NCBI RefSeq assembly: GCF_036365525.1
Contig: NC_090394.1
Span: 74,030,146-74,094,145, forward strand
Reading direction: 5' to 3'
DNA: 64,000 nt
Source: Heterodontus francisci
Taxonomy: Eukaryota
Both the position numbers and the translations under genes were made by a program. Positions 63,179 to 64,000 of the stretch are shown in pieces. Within the stretch, counting starts at the first letter, position 1. Each line of letters begins with the position of its first letter. Under the pieces are notes generated by a model. The model was not told the origin of the DNA, made no database searches, and saw nothing but the letters and a program-made list of their open reading frames with translations.

Positions 63179-64000
63179 AACATAACCGCCTTGCTCTTGC
63201 ACTCTATGTCCCTATTAATAAAACCTAGGATACTGTATGCTTTATTAACGACTCTCTCAACCTGTCCTACAACCTTAAATGACTTATAGGAAGAAGATAG
63301 GAGCAGGAGTAGGCCATTCAGCCCCTCGAGCCTGTCCCGCCATTCAGTGAGATCAATGACTTATGCCTAGTATTCCCTTTGACTGAACAATACTCACTTC
63401 AAACTCCCAGGGGAGGCAAAATATCCAAGAAAGACCCAGGACCAATTGGAAAAAATCCCTTGGGAAATTGCTGTCCGACCCCCTCAGGCAATTGAAGGCA
63501 GTCCAGGGGATCACACTGACCAAGTGTTAAATGTAAAAGCCTTTACTGGGCTGAATTTTCCTGGCGTCGGGGTGGCAGGAGTGGAGTCTGGGGTGGGGGT
63601 GGGGGTAGGGGCAGGGGTGTTGCCAGGAAAATTGCAGGAAGCCGCGTCCGGACGCAGTCTCACCACCGGGGATGATTCCCAGGGACTGCTTGGGAAGCGG
63701 ATCGCTGCAGGCATTTAAATAGTTCCTAAGCCCCAATTAGGGGCAATCTTCCGGCCTTGCCGCCATTTTGCCACTGGTGGAGCAATGCCCCCGCCATGTG
63801 GAGAGGCTGCCTGCTCCAAGGAGGTGGCCTACCACGGGGAGGAGGCCATTGGAGCAGGAGACACCATCCTCCAAAGTGGGGGCCCCGGCGGTCCCAGCAA
63901 TCCAAACCACAGGGCCCGACCGCCTTCCCCCTCGGAAATATTTAATTATTTTTACAACTCCGAGGGTGCCCCCCATGTTGCGGTGCCCTCGCGTTCTCAG

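Overview
Repeat-rich vertebrate genomic DNA, most likely a shark or other elasmobranch (inferred from HE1/V-SINE-like and Deu-domain SINEs). Three spliced protein-coding genes lie on the + strand, and the ORF track largely misses them. Two are complete tandem parvalbumin-family genes of the oncomodulin lineage (CDS 2222-6911 and 20602-25038; each has 61/133/110/26-nt coding exons giving 109 aa; about 53% identical by hand alignment). The third is the first six coding exons of CCZ1 (55387-61635, continuing past the window), the neighbour of OCM in human. The rest is mostly CR1/L2 LINE fragments, SINEs, a solo LTR containing a hAT-type MITE, and Penelope-like elements (PLEs). The most unusual signal is a set of PLE-derived fold-back mini-elements: they carry minimal hammerhead-ribozyme motifs, two of them as inverted pairs, and four insertions share 14-bp target-site duplications. 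Repeat boundaries are approximate and family names come from recall, not from database searches.
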